Shown in pieces: positions 1 to 8,035 of a DNA stretch of 64,000 bases. The DNA is from Deltaproteobacteria bacterium. GTDB taxonomy: Bacteria; Myxococcota_A; UBA9160; SMWR01. The position numbers and the translations under genes were made by a program. The stretch covers positions 1 through 64,000 of the forward strand of contig JAQBGU010000096.1 of assembly GCA_032128375.1 (NCBI GenBank), written 5' to 3'. Within the stretch, counting starts at the first letter, position 1; the number at the start of each line of letters is the position of its first letter. The notes beneath the pieces were generated by a model, which was not told where the DNA came from, ran no database searches, and was given only the letters and a program-made list of their open reading frames with translations.

Positions 1-1008
1 GCCAAGGACACCGAAGCGATCGCGCGCATGCTGCTAGAGGGCGATCCGCGCTCCGAAACAGGCGAATTCAACGAAATCGATCTCGCCTTCGAACTCCCGG
101 GTGAGGGCCGCTTCCGGGTGAACATCTCGCGACAGCGACGCTGCTGCAACATCGTGCTTCGGGTCATTCCGTTGCAGATCCGCACCTTCGAGGAATTGAA
201 TCTCCCCAGCACGCTGCGCGACATCGCGAAGCTTCAGCGCGGCTACGTGCTGGTGACCGGCGCGACCGGCATGGGCAAATCGACGACTCTCGCGACCATG
301 ATCGAGCAGATCAATCACATCCGGAAGGCGAAGATCGTCACGATCGAAGACCCGATCGAGTTCGTGTTTACCCACGACAAGAGCATCATTACCCAGCGCG
401 AAATCGGAACCGATACGACATCGTTTCCCGATGCGCTACGTGCAGCCCTACGTCAGGACCCGGACGTAATCATGGTGGGCGAGATGCGCGACCAGGTCAC
501 TGTCGACACATCGTTGAAGGCGGCGGAGACCGGACACCTCGTGCTGTCGTCGATTCATACCAGCGATGTCCATTCGACGATCAACCGGTTGGTATCGTTC
601 TTCCCTGCAGAAGAACAACTCCAGGTGCGCAGCCGTCTTGCGGACAACCTCGCTGCGGTCGTCTCGCTGCGCCTGATGCCGACCAAGAAGCAGACGGCCC
701 GTGTTCCCGCCGTAGAGATCATGATGGTCACTCGCAGTATCCAGGAGTGCATCAAGGACCCCAGCAAAACCCATGAGATCCCCGATTACATCGCGCGTGG
801 ACGCGGCGAGTTGATGCAAACATTCGACCAGCATCTGCTCGACCTGTTGCGCGCCAACAAAATTTCGATCGAGACGGCGCTCAACGCCGCCTCCAACCAG
901 GCCGACTTCAGGACGAAGCTCGCACTCGAAGGGGGAGACCCCGATAGTGCAGCCGACGTGGAGCAGGTCAAGGGTCCCTTCGAAATCGAAGCGGATACCC
1001 GATTCTAG
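1..1008 (+). CDS. PilT/PilU-family type IV pilus retraction ATPase, 5'-truncated by the window edge
   Basis: Frame is open from position 1. Walker A GATGMGKST, Asp box TIEDPIEF, ALRQDPDVIMVGEMRD, His box AETGHLVLSSIH, MQTFDQHL. The PilT AIRNLIRE motif is replaced by SIQECIKD, so a paralogue is likely. Confidence 0.9.
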   Translation, partial: AKDTEAIARMLLEGDPRSETGEFNEIDLAFELPGEGRFRVNISRQRRCCNIVLRVIPLQIRTFEELNLPSTLRDIAKLQRGYVLVTGATGMGKSTTLATMIEQINHIRKAKIVTIEDPIEFVFTHDKSIITQREIGTDTTSFPDALRAALRQDPDVIMVGEMRDQVTVDTSLKAAETGHLVLSSIHTSDVHSTINRLVSFFPAEEQLQVRSRLADNLAAVVSLRLMPTKKQTARVPAVEIMMVTRSIQECIKDPSKTHEIPDYIARGRGELMQTFDQHLLDLLRANKISIETALNAASNQADFRTKLALEGGDPDSAADVEQVKGPFEIEADTRF

Positions 1009-1022
1009 GCTCGGAGACGTCC

Positions 1023-2327
1023 TTGAGCGCCGAACCTTCAGTCCAGCGACACGCCGCGGCCGCCACACAGCGATTGGCGACCGCGTTGCGCAGCAGCGCA
1101 TCAAAGATGTCCGAACTCGTCGGTGGCGGCCTGGTGCTGCTCTTTGCCGCTTCTCCAGGCGACCGAACGCTCGAGAACGCCTCCCGACTGCGCGCGGCAT
1201 CGGGGTTCCTGGCACCCGAAACGGCACGCGAAGCCGCTCAGAGTCTGCTGGCCAATGTCCGCGAAGTCATCTCGAACGGAGTCGAGAGACCTCTCGCCCC
1301 GCTTCCGACACTCGGCGAGCGCGCGGCGGGTGGACTCGTGGTCGTTCCGATGCAGCTCGATGGCGGGACCCACGGAGCATTGGTCATCGGGTCGCCCGAC
1401 CCGATCGATGCGGCCGTCCTCGACCTGATTCGAAACGAAGCGCAGCACCTGGCACTTCGGGTCGACCATACGCACATCGCTGCCGAGCTCTACGAGACTC
1501 GCGCGAAACTCCAGCAACAGCCCCATAGCCCGATCCCGGAAGAAAGCGAAGAAGTCCTGAAACTGTCCGAAGCCCTCTTCGCTCAGGATATCGAGCTGTT
1601 GCGCACCAATGAAAAGCTCGGTGAGATCGAAAAGCTCAAGAACGACTTCATCGAGAAGATGTCGCGAGAATTGCGAACGCCGCTCAACAGCATCATCGAG
1701 GCGATCATATCGGTGCTCACGAGTGAAAATGAAACACTCGCTGACGCCTCAAAGACCAGCCTGCGGTCCGCACTGGATGACGGGACAGAATTCCTCCGGA
1801 CGCTCCAGAACATCCTGGACCTGTGGCGTATCAAGCAACGTGAGCTACCGGTCGAGATCCAGGACGTCAACATCCGCGAAGTCATCGACGAAGCCATCTT
1901 CAGCGTCCAAGACCGAATCAGCGAAAAGCCTCTCTCGATCGAACAGCGCATCGAGGACCCGTTTCCAAAAATCAGGACGGATCTGGCGAAGATCAATCAG
2001 ATTCTGTTTCTGCTGCTCGAAAACGCCGTGAAATTCACCGAACGGGGCAAGGTGACCATCAGCGCCAGGCTGCTCGACGGAAAAATGTACTGCGAGGTGC
2101 GGGACACGGGGATCGGCATTTGCGCGGACGACCAGCCATACATCTTCGACGAGTTCTTCCAAGTCGACGACTCGCCATCCCGTAGCGGTGGTAACGGACT
2201 GGGGCTGGCGTTGGTTCGCGACCTCACCGTGTTGCTCGATGGCGAAGTGATGGTCCGTAGTGACGTGGGCCGGGGTACTACGGTATCGCTGCAGATACCG
2301 GTTTCAGACAGTCCCAACAGCGCCTAG
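1023..2327 (+). CDS. Sensor histidine kinase-like protein (GAF-like N-terminus, HisKA, HATPase_c); H-box His replaced by Arg
   Basis: H-box reads MSRELRTPL (consensus MSHELRTPL). N box ENAVKFT, G1 DTGIGI, F box IFDEFFQ and G2 GNGLGL are present. TTG start is uncertain. Confidence 0.85.
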   Translation: MSAEPSVQRHAAAATQRLATALRSSASKMSELVGGGLVLLFAASPGDRTLENASRLRAASGFLAPETAREAAQSLLANVREVISNGVERPLAPLPTLGERAAGGLVVVPMQLDGGTHGALVIGSPDPIDAAVLDLIRNEAQHLALRVDHTHIAAELYETRAKLQQQPHSPIPEESEEVLKLSEALFAQDIELLRTNEKLGEIEKLKNDFIEKMSRELRTPLNSIIEAIISVLTSENETLADASKTSLRSALDDGTEFLRTLQNILDLWRIKQRELPVEIQDVNIREVIDEAIFSVQDRISEKPLSIEQRIEDPFPKIRTDLAKINQILFLLLENAVKFTERGKVTISARLLDGKMYCEVRDTGIGICADDQPYIFDEFFQVDDSPSRSGGNGLGLALVRDLTVLLDGEVMVRSDVGRGTTVSLQIPVSDSPNSA

Positions 2328-2402
2328 TCGATCCAGCCAGAGTGCGCGAGTGACTCGAGCGAGGCCCAGAGTCAGCCGACCACCCGCCGACTCGCTGTCG
2401 CT

Positions 2403-2618
2403 CTAGCTATCCGAATCGGGTGTCTTGCTCGGATAGTTCGGCTTGATGTAGCCAGCGGCAATTTCGCGAAGAGCCACAACGACTTCCTTGTTTTCTTCGG
2501 AGTCGACCAGCGGCGTTGCGCCCCGCTTGAGCTGCTTGGTGCGAATTGCCGCCATCTGGACGAGATTGAAGCGATTCGGAACCACTCGGATGCAATCTTC
2601 GATCGTAATTCGTGCCAT
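2403..2618 (-). CDS. rpoZ: RNA polymerase subunit omega
   Basis: MARITIEDC...NRFNLVQMAAIRTKQL...KEVVVALREIAAG is the RpoZ signature; 71 aa. Confidence 0.95.
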   Translation of the reverse strand: MARITIEDCIRVVPNRFNLVQMAAIRTKQLKRGATPLVDSEENKEVVVALREIAAGYIKPNYPSKTPDSDS

Positions 2619-2666
2619 GAGCCCTCTAGCGTTGAGCCGTGAGCGAGAAGACTAGATCAGGCCCCC

Positions 2667-2710
2667 AAAGAAGGAAACCCCGGCCGGCGATGAACGCCGG
2701 CCGAGGTCCT
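2667..2710 (-). terminator. Probable intrinsic terminator downstream of the histone-like gene
   Basis: 9-bp GC stem CGGCCGGCG (2681-2689) / CGCCGGCCG (2695-2703) with a 5-nt loop, followed on the minus strand by a pyrimidine-rich TTTCCTTCTTT tail. Confidence 0.6.
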
Positions 2711-2756
2711 GCGACCTTCACATACTTTCGCACGAAAGGTCGCTTCGGCGAAGCGA

Positions 2757-2960
2757 CTACTTCTTCCGTCGACGAACCTTCTTGCGGGTCGCCTTCTTCT
2801 TGGTGGCCTTCTTCTTGGTGGCCTTTTTCTTGGCGGCCTTTTTCTTGGTGGCCTTTTTCTTGGTGGCCTTTTTCTTGGTGGCTTTCTTCTTGGTGGCCTT
2901 CTTCTTGGCGGCCTTCTTCCTTGTTGCTTTCTTCTTGGTAGCTTTCTTCTTAGCTGCCAT
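2757..2960 (-). CDS. Lysine-rich histone H1-like protein, 67 aa, (KKKAT)n
   Basis: ATG at 2960 preceded by a G-rich SD-like run. Sequence is MAA + 11 KKKAT/KKKAA/RKKAA units + RKKVRRRKK. Synonymous codon variation between units indicates selection on the protein. Confidence 0.8.
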   Translation of the reverse strand: MAAKKKATKKKATRKKAAKKKATKKKATKKKATKKKATKKKAAKKKATKKKATKKKATRKKVRRRKK

Positions 2961-3155
2961 TTTTTGGGTTACCCCCCCTATTCGTGATCCCAAGCACTGA
3001 GGCTGTGCGCATTCACTGCGAACTGCCTTGCTGCCGCGCGTAGTTGCGAGGCGTTGTTGCTCCTGCCCCCTATCGGAGGCCGGAATGCGCGACTTGAAGG
3101 CAATTTGCCTCCGTTTCGCCGGCATTCCGCAGCACTAGAGCCACTCTTGCGGATC

Positions 3156-3210
3156 ACCCTAACGCCCGGTTTCACGACTCGTCAATAGGTAAACTCAAAA
3201 AAATCAATAC
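3156..3210 (-). promoter_or_regulatory. Candidate sigma70-type promoter with AT-rich UP element, upstream of the histone-like gene
   Basis: Minus strand TTGACG (3185-3180), 18-nt spacer, TAGGGT (3161-3156), preceded by a T-rich tract in a GC-rich background. Confidence 0.45.
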
Positions 3211-3446
3211 GATGGAGTTCGTTACTGCGAGCCGCTGGACAAAAAACAGTCGAACTTCTTACCCGTCGCGGATGAATCTGCTTGAAGATGCAACACCGAT
3301 CCGCGTCATACCGCCAGGCTCGCGATACGCGACGCATCGCAAGCGAGCATTGACTGGCGCGCGCAAGTGCGCGAACGCATCCGATCCACACTCGGAAACG
3401 CCCGAACTCAAAGAGTTTTTCTATTCTGGCTGAATCGCGGAGGCGA

Positions 3447-3539
3447 TTAGCGCTTGCGCTTGTGGCGGGCTCGCCGGAGCAGCTTCCGCTTCCTGTGCTT
3501 GCGCATTTTCTTGCGCCGTTTCTTGATCACGCTGCCCAC
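3447..3539 (-). CDS. Small ribosomal protein bS22 / AURKAIP1-COX24 (mS38-like) family, 30 aa
   Basis: Read directly from the DNA (below the ORF-track cutoff): SD AGGAG, GTG start, MGSVIKKRRKKMRKHRKRKLLRRARHKRKR, TAA. Matches the actinobacterial bS22 pattern MGSVIKKRRKRM.KKK.RKLL. Confidence 0.88.
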   Translation of the reverse strand: MGSVIKKRRKKMRKHRKRKLLRRARHKRKR

Positions 3540-3662
3540 GGAATACTCCTCGAAATGCGCGGGGACGGATACTCCTTCGTCCAGACGAAGTCAACCGCGC
3601 AAAAAAATCCGTCGGTCTCGGTGATGATCGGCAGCTGGCGAGGGCACCACGCGCGCTGGACT

Positions 3663-4121
3663 TCAAGCCGCTTTTCCTGGCCTGCCGCGAAATATCCCGA
3701 GCCATCGATTGACGAGGTGCCCACGCGGAAGGAATCCGAATGACGGTCGGCGTCTCTCCCCCAACTCGCGGAGATCCCGAATGATCTCCTCGTTGGCTGG
3801 ATCGATCATCAGTCCGCGCCGCAAATAGCGCACCCCTTCCGCCTTGAACCCGAACGTCAGATGTACGCGCGCAAGGTTGCGATACAGCGCGGGGTTGAAG
3901 AACTCCTCTCTCGCTGCCGATCGGCACAATTCCAGCGCCTGATCAAAGCGGCGCTCGCCGATAGCGAGACACAAGCCGTAGAACGATCGATACCGCGCGC
4001 TGGTCGGCTCCAGGTGTTGCGCGGCACGGAAGTGCTCGAGCGCCGAGTCGTAGCGATTGTTATCCATTGCGATCACTCCCCGGTGGAAGTGCTCATCGGC
4101 GTTGGAACTAGAATCCATCAT
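3663..4121 (-). CDS. Tetratricopeptide repeat protein
   Basis: TPR-like helical repeats (HFHRGVIAM..YDSALEHFRAAQHLEP; YGLCLA; LYRNLARVHL..GLMIDPAN). SD GGGAG before ATG at 4121. Confidence 0.75.
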   Translation of the reverse strand: MMDSSSNADEHFHRGVIAMDNNRYDSALEHFRAAQHLEPTSARYRSFYGLCLAIGERRFDQALELCRSAAREEFFNPALYRNLARVHLTFGFKAEGVRYLRRGLMIDPANEEIIRDLRELGERRRPSFGFLPRGHLVNRWLGIFRGRPGKAA

Positions 4122-4217
4122 GATGCTCCCGTGCGAATCGGCCGATTGATGACCGGCCGATCTGAACTTTTCCTGTCTCCCCACGACTCCTAACCATTGC
4201 TATCTAGCCACTGCTAT

Positions 4218-4233
4218 CGCAAACGCTGTGCCG
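4218..4233 (-). promoter_or_regulatory. Candidate sigma54 (-24/-12) promoter upstream of the TPR gene
   Basis: Minus strand CGGCACAGCGTTTGCG has exact GG-N10-GC spacing and is close to TGGCACG-N4-TTGC; about 95 bp upstream of the ATG. Confidence 0.45.
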
Positions 4234-4531
4234 ACCGAGAGAGATCGGCAACCGAGCGTGCAAGTGCTTGAATCGGAACCGCGTTGGACGGCTGGACCGA
4301 AATCACCGTGTAGTGCGGTACCCCCGCCCCAAAGACGATCGCGTAACTCGCGGTTACCGGGCTGAAACCGGGGGCCAGCCGGCGAACCACCGGTTCGACT
4401 TGGACAACGATTCATTTTCCCGGATCTGCATCTGGGTCCCAGCGAATACAACCGGACGCTGACGTAGCCAGTGGGAGGAATCGCACCGATTCAAGGAGTG
4501 TCGTCGAGGTGCAGCCAAGGCTGTTTCGCGC

Positions 4532-4765
4532 TCAGTACTCGATGATTTCGAGTATGTAGCGCTTCTTTTCCTTTCCACTCGTGGCGGCCATCAAGGTTCG
4601 GATGGCTGACGCGTGTGCTCCCCCCTTTCCGATCACTTTTCCTAGGTCCTCTTTGGCAACCCGAAGTTCAAGTACGTGGGCGTGGTCTCCTATGACTTCT
4701 TTGATCTGGACTTCGTCCGGCTTGTCAACCAACGCTTGAACAATCGCGATAATGAGCTGCTTCAC
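4532..4765 (-). CDS. khpA: KH domain RNA-binding protein, KhpA/YlqC (UPF0109) family
   Basis: ALVDKPDEVQI...ELRVAKEDLGKVIGKGG...AIRTLM; 77 aa; SD GGAGG before GTG. Confidence 0.88.
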   Translation of the reverse strand: MKQLIIAIVQALVDKPDEVQIKEVIGDHAHVLELRVAKEDLGKVIGKGGAHASAIRTLMAATSGKEKKRYILEIIEY

Positions 4766-5198
4766 TGATCCCCTCCCACTGTCGAATCGCCGCTCGGGTA
4801 CATTGAAAACCTTCCCGCCGCCTCGGCCCAGTTAAGTCCATCCCAGCATCAGTGTACGCGCCCGCGAGCGCGAAGACGATGCCCGAGTGCTGTTTGGCAA
4901 CGAAAATGCGCTGGAGACGGCAACACCATCGCGCCCGCTGTGAACGCCGCTGTGAAGCTGAACAATGCCAGCGAGAAGTCTGGGAAATACCATCTCCTAT
5001 GAGTCACTCGGCCACGCATCCCGCCCTTCACGAACTTCTCGACTTTCCAATCTCGCCCCCCGGGGAATTCGGTCATATCTGACTGCGGCATACGGAATCC
5101 GGCGTTCGACCTACAGAATCTAGCGTAGGTAACCGTCTCCGCAAACTGCCGTTTTCAGGTCAGAATTCAACGACTCGTCGGTGCCGTTCCAGAGAGAT

Positions 5199-6374
5199 CT
5201 AGCGTCGATACACCAGTTCGAGCGCGAAGCGGTTCTGGTCGAAGTCGTCGGCTGAGTAGTGGCCGGCGTTTTGCCAGTAGCGGTAGGTCAACGAAATTTC
5301 GGTGTAGCGACCGAGCCGATGACTGCCGCGCAGCTCAACTCCGCCGAACAGGTTCGAATCGATATCCCACGCATCGTTTTCGAGCCGCGAAACGAATACT
5401 GCGCCCGACAGCTGGGTGTCATCGCCGAAGTACTTCTCGATCCCCATCCGTCCGGTCGTTTCCACAAAATTGTTTCCCGACAAATCGGCCACGAACCGAT
5501 TCGCGGCCGACCCGATCCAGGCCCAGCCGCCCGACTGATGAAACCGCAATGTCCCCTCGCCTACGAATCGTTGGACATCGTCGCGTGACGCGAACGAAAT
5601 GATTCCCCAGCCGGCAGCCAAATCGATTTCCATGTTGCGAAACCGGCGCGTCCGCAGACCCAACATGACCGAGACATCAAAATGATCGGTCACCGCCGTT
5701 TCGTTGAACGAGCGATAGTGACTTTCGCCGCGCAAGTACCACGCCGAGCGTTCTCCGACCGGATTCTGAAATTCGGCGACGAGCTGCGCTTCCAGATGTT
5801 CCGGATCGAAATTCTTCTGCCGAACGAACCCGCCACCATCCGTGGACAGGGTTGCGTTGAAGTCCTCGCCAGAAAATTGCATGCCGTGCAGCGCCAGCAG
5901 AATTTCGCGTTTCTCCGGCAGCTCCCGCCAGTAGCGCACCTCCAGATCGAGTTGGTTGGTTTGCTTCAGGTTGCTGGTCTCATCGGCCGGCGCAGCGATG
6001 CTCTCCGGTCGTGGGACAAATGCGTCGGAGAGCCGAACCGTCAGCCCGGGGTAGATACCGGCTTCGGCCGATAGACTGAGTCGGGCGAACTCTTCTGATA
6101 GAGAATCTTCGCCGAGATATCGGCGCAGATCTGCACCGAGTTCAGCTTCGATCTCGTACGCCTCCGCGCGATAGCCCAGCGCGAGATTCGGCGCGATCCA
6201 GAGCCCGGCCGCGGCACCACGGTCCTGGTCCAGATGGGGATCATCGTCGGCGAGCGCAGTGATTCCAAGCGAGGGATGCCAGCTAAAGCGCTGCGGGTCG
6301 TCCTCGCCCTGCACAGTGCCGTTCCACAGCAATGCAGCAGCACCGATCACAGCCCCCCAGCCGCGCAGCCGCAT
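5199..6374 (-). CDS. Outer-membrane beta-barrel protein (resembles polysaccharide-export-associated barrels)
   Basis: Signal peptide from ATG 6374 (MRLRGWGAVIGAAALLWNGTVQG), alternating amphipathic strands, C-terminal strand FDQNRFALELVYRR. Confidence 0.6.
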   Translation of the reverse strand: MRLRGWGAVIGAAALLWNGTVQGEDDPQRFSWHPSLGITALADDDPHLDQDRGAAAGLWIAPNLALGYRAEAYEIEAELGADLRRYLGEDSLSEEFARLSLSAEAGIYPGLTVRLSDAFVPRPESIAAPADETSNLKQTNQLDLEVRYWRELPEKREILLALHGMQFSGEDFNATLSTDGGGFVRQKNFDPEHLEAQLVAEFQNPVGERSAWYLRGESHYRSFNETAVTDHFDVSVMLGLRTRRFRNMEIDLAAGWGIISFASRDDVQRFVGEGTLRFHQSGGWAWIGSAANRFVADLSGNNFVETTGRMGIEKYFGDDTQLSGAVFVSRLENDAWDIDSNLFGGVELRGSHRLGRYTEISLTYRYWQNAGHYSADDFDQNRFALELVYRR

Positions 6375-6378
6375 GACG

Positions 6379-7701
6379 CTAGTGCTCCGCTGGCGAGGCG
6401 CGAAACGACACGTCAGTGGATTCGAGGTCCTGTACCCAAGGCGAAACCGGTGGCGCAATTCCGGCCAGTCGGGCCAGCAAGCGACCCGAAATTTCGACAA
6501 ACAACGGATTCGATAAGCTGGCGTAGGCCGCCGTTTGCGTGACGGGCTGACTGGGGACTCCAATCCCGTCGAAACCGGCATCGTGAAGCACCGCGATGTA
6601 GTCCGAATCTGAAGCCTGTCGTCGGACGAATCGCAGCCTGTCGATTCCGGATCCGCGCGGCACCAACGCGTGAACCGTGTGCTCACCTTCGTCCAGATGG
6701 CGCGTCATCACGTGCGCCCATTGCAGATCACTCGGCTCCGAATCGGGACGGACCGTCACGCGGTAGCGATCGTCGACCGACCAGATCTCGGACCCGGATC
6801 CGTGGATACGGGCCAGCAGCGAATAGACACCGGGTTCCGGCAGCTGAGCGCGATATGCGAACTCGGCCGGGCTATCGACGGCGATAGCCCACGACCCCCC
6901 AGACGCTGGTTCCAACAGCAGACGGTTGGTCCGTCCCCCCCAAGCCGAAGCGTACAGGAAGCGCTCTCCCTCGATGTCGATGGCGCTACCCGTCACCGGA
7001 AGCCTGCGTTCCATTCCGAGCGCGCGGACCAGCGTTCTGGCACCGGCGCCGAACGTCAGTGGTCTACCGGAAATCCAACCTTCCGCGGGTGCGATGCAGA
7101 GCGGTCGGTAGGCCGCGAGTTCCACACGGTCAATGCGCGCGTCGGGCATCAAGTAGGCCGACAGTTCGTGGGGCCCCTCGCGCAGCGGGACTACTCGAGG
7201 TGCCTGCGCGACGCCGAGCCCGGACGCGTTGAGATGCCCGATCGGGCGCTGATCGATCGCCCATCGCTGGCCACCGACACCGTTCACGGTCAGGGCATAC
7301 AGCGCGGTTGCTGGCAGAATCACGACCATTCGCACCGGCTCGCCCGGTCGACTGCTTGGAGATGGAAGCATCGACACGCGGTAGGGTGCATCGCTCGGGA
7401 TCATCCTGCCGCCAGGTCCCAGGCGATGCTCGCTCTGTTCGGCACACAGCAACCCAAACAAATCCGCTTCGTCGTGGTCTTCCGGAAGCGCATCCGACAG
7501 ACCGAGCGCGAAAACCAGCTCCGACGCCCACTCCCCGTGCTCGATCACGCGTTCGCTGACTCGCGGCTCGTCCGCCATGCGAAAGCGATCGAGCCGCGGC
7601 TCCGCAGAAGCCGGCGAATCCATCACGATCGCGTTTGCGAAACCCAGTAGCAGTGCAAATGCGGCCAAAGCCGGAGGAAAATTGTCCCCAGATCCCGTCA
7701 C
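6379..7701 (-). CDS. Secreted hypothetical protein with two repeated beta-sandwich (CBM-like) modules
   Basis: Signal peptide ending ASA. Internal repeat LREGPHEL...IDRVEL / LDEGEHTV...IDRLRF. Stop lies 4 nt upstream of the barrel gene. Confidence 0.6.
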   Translation of the reverse strand: MTGSGDNFPPALAAFALLLGFANAIVMDSPASAEPRLDRFRMADEPRVSERVIEHGEWASELVFALGLSDALPEDHDEADLFGLLCAEQSEHRLGPGGRMIPSDAPYRVSMLPSPSSRPGEPVRMVVILPATALYALTVNGVGGQRWAIDQRPIGHLNASGLGVAQAPRVVPLREGPHELSAYLMPDARIDRVELAAYRPLCIAPAEGWISGRPLTFGAGARTLVRALGMERRLPVTGSAIDIEGERFLYASAWGGRTNRLLLEPASGGSWAIAVDSPAEFAYRAQLPEPGVYSLLARIHGSGSEIWSVDDRYRVTVRPDSEPSDLQWAHVMTRHLDEGEHTVHALVPRGSGIDRLRFVRRQASDSDYIAVLHDAGFDGIGVPSQPVTQTAAYASLSNPLFVEISGRLLARLAGIAPPVSPWVQDLESTDVSFRASPAEH

Positions 7702-8035
7702 CGATACGTCCCCGCGCGAGAGATAGGGGAATCCCTCTCAATAAGAATTTCATCGGGACTGAGGGAGGTTTTCTTTACCCGGAACCTTCTCGAGTCTTGC
7801 CGTTGCTCGGTGAGCTTCCGCAAGGTGGCCGCGGATCAAGCCTGATAGCGGGCCAGCCGATTCTGGTGTAAAAAATGATCAAACCACTCCAACAGGCGAA
7901 ATGCCCGAAATAGCACTCGACAGCGAACCGCGGCCAGAACCGCACACTTTCGATTGGGTCAGCCGCTCGCGCGGCTGGCGACCGACCGCTATCGCCTAGG
8001 CCATCCAATAGCCCGGCGAGATCCGGGGTATCGGC

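Noticed and set aside
2782..3000. Plus-strand ORF with (VAFFL)n hydrophobic repeat, and the overlapping (SWWPF)n ORF at 2639..2941
   Set aside because: Antisense shadows of the KKKAT gene; SD, promoter and terminator all favour the minus strand.
4849..5091. 80-aa ORF upstream of khpA and its antisense counterpart
   Set aside because: No recognisable motif or convincing SD/start pairing; more likely promoter and leader sequence.
7702..8035. Possible M-box Mg2+ riboswitch upstream of mgtE
   Set aside because: I could not recognise the conserved ykoK sequence or a terminator, and the spacer also serves a divergent gene. An Rfam scan would settle it.
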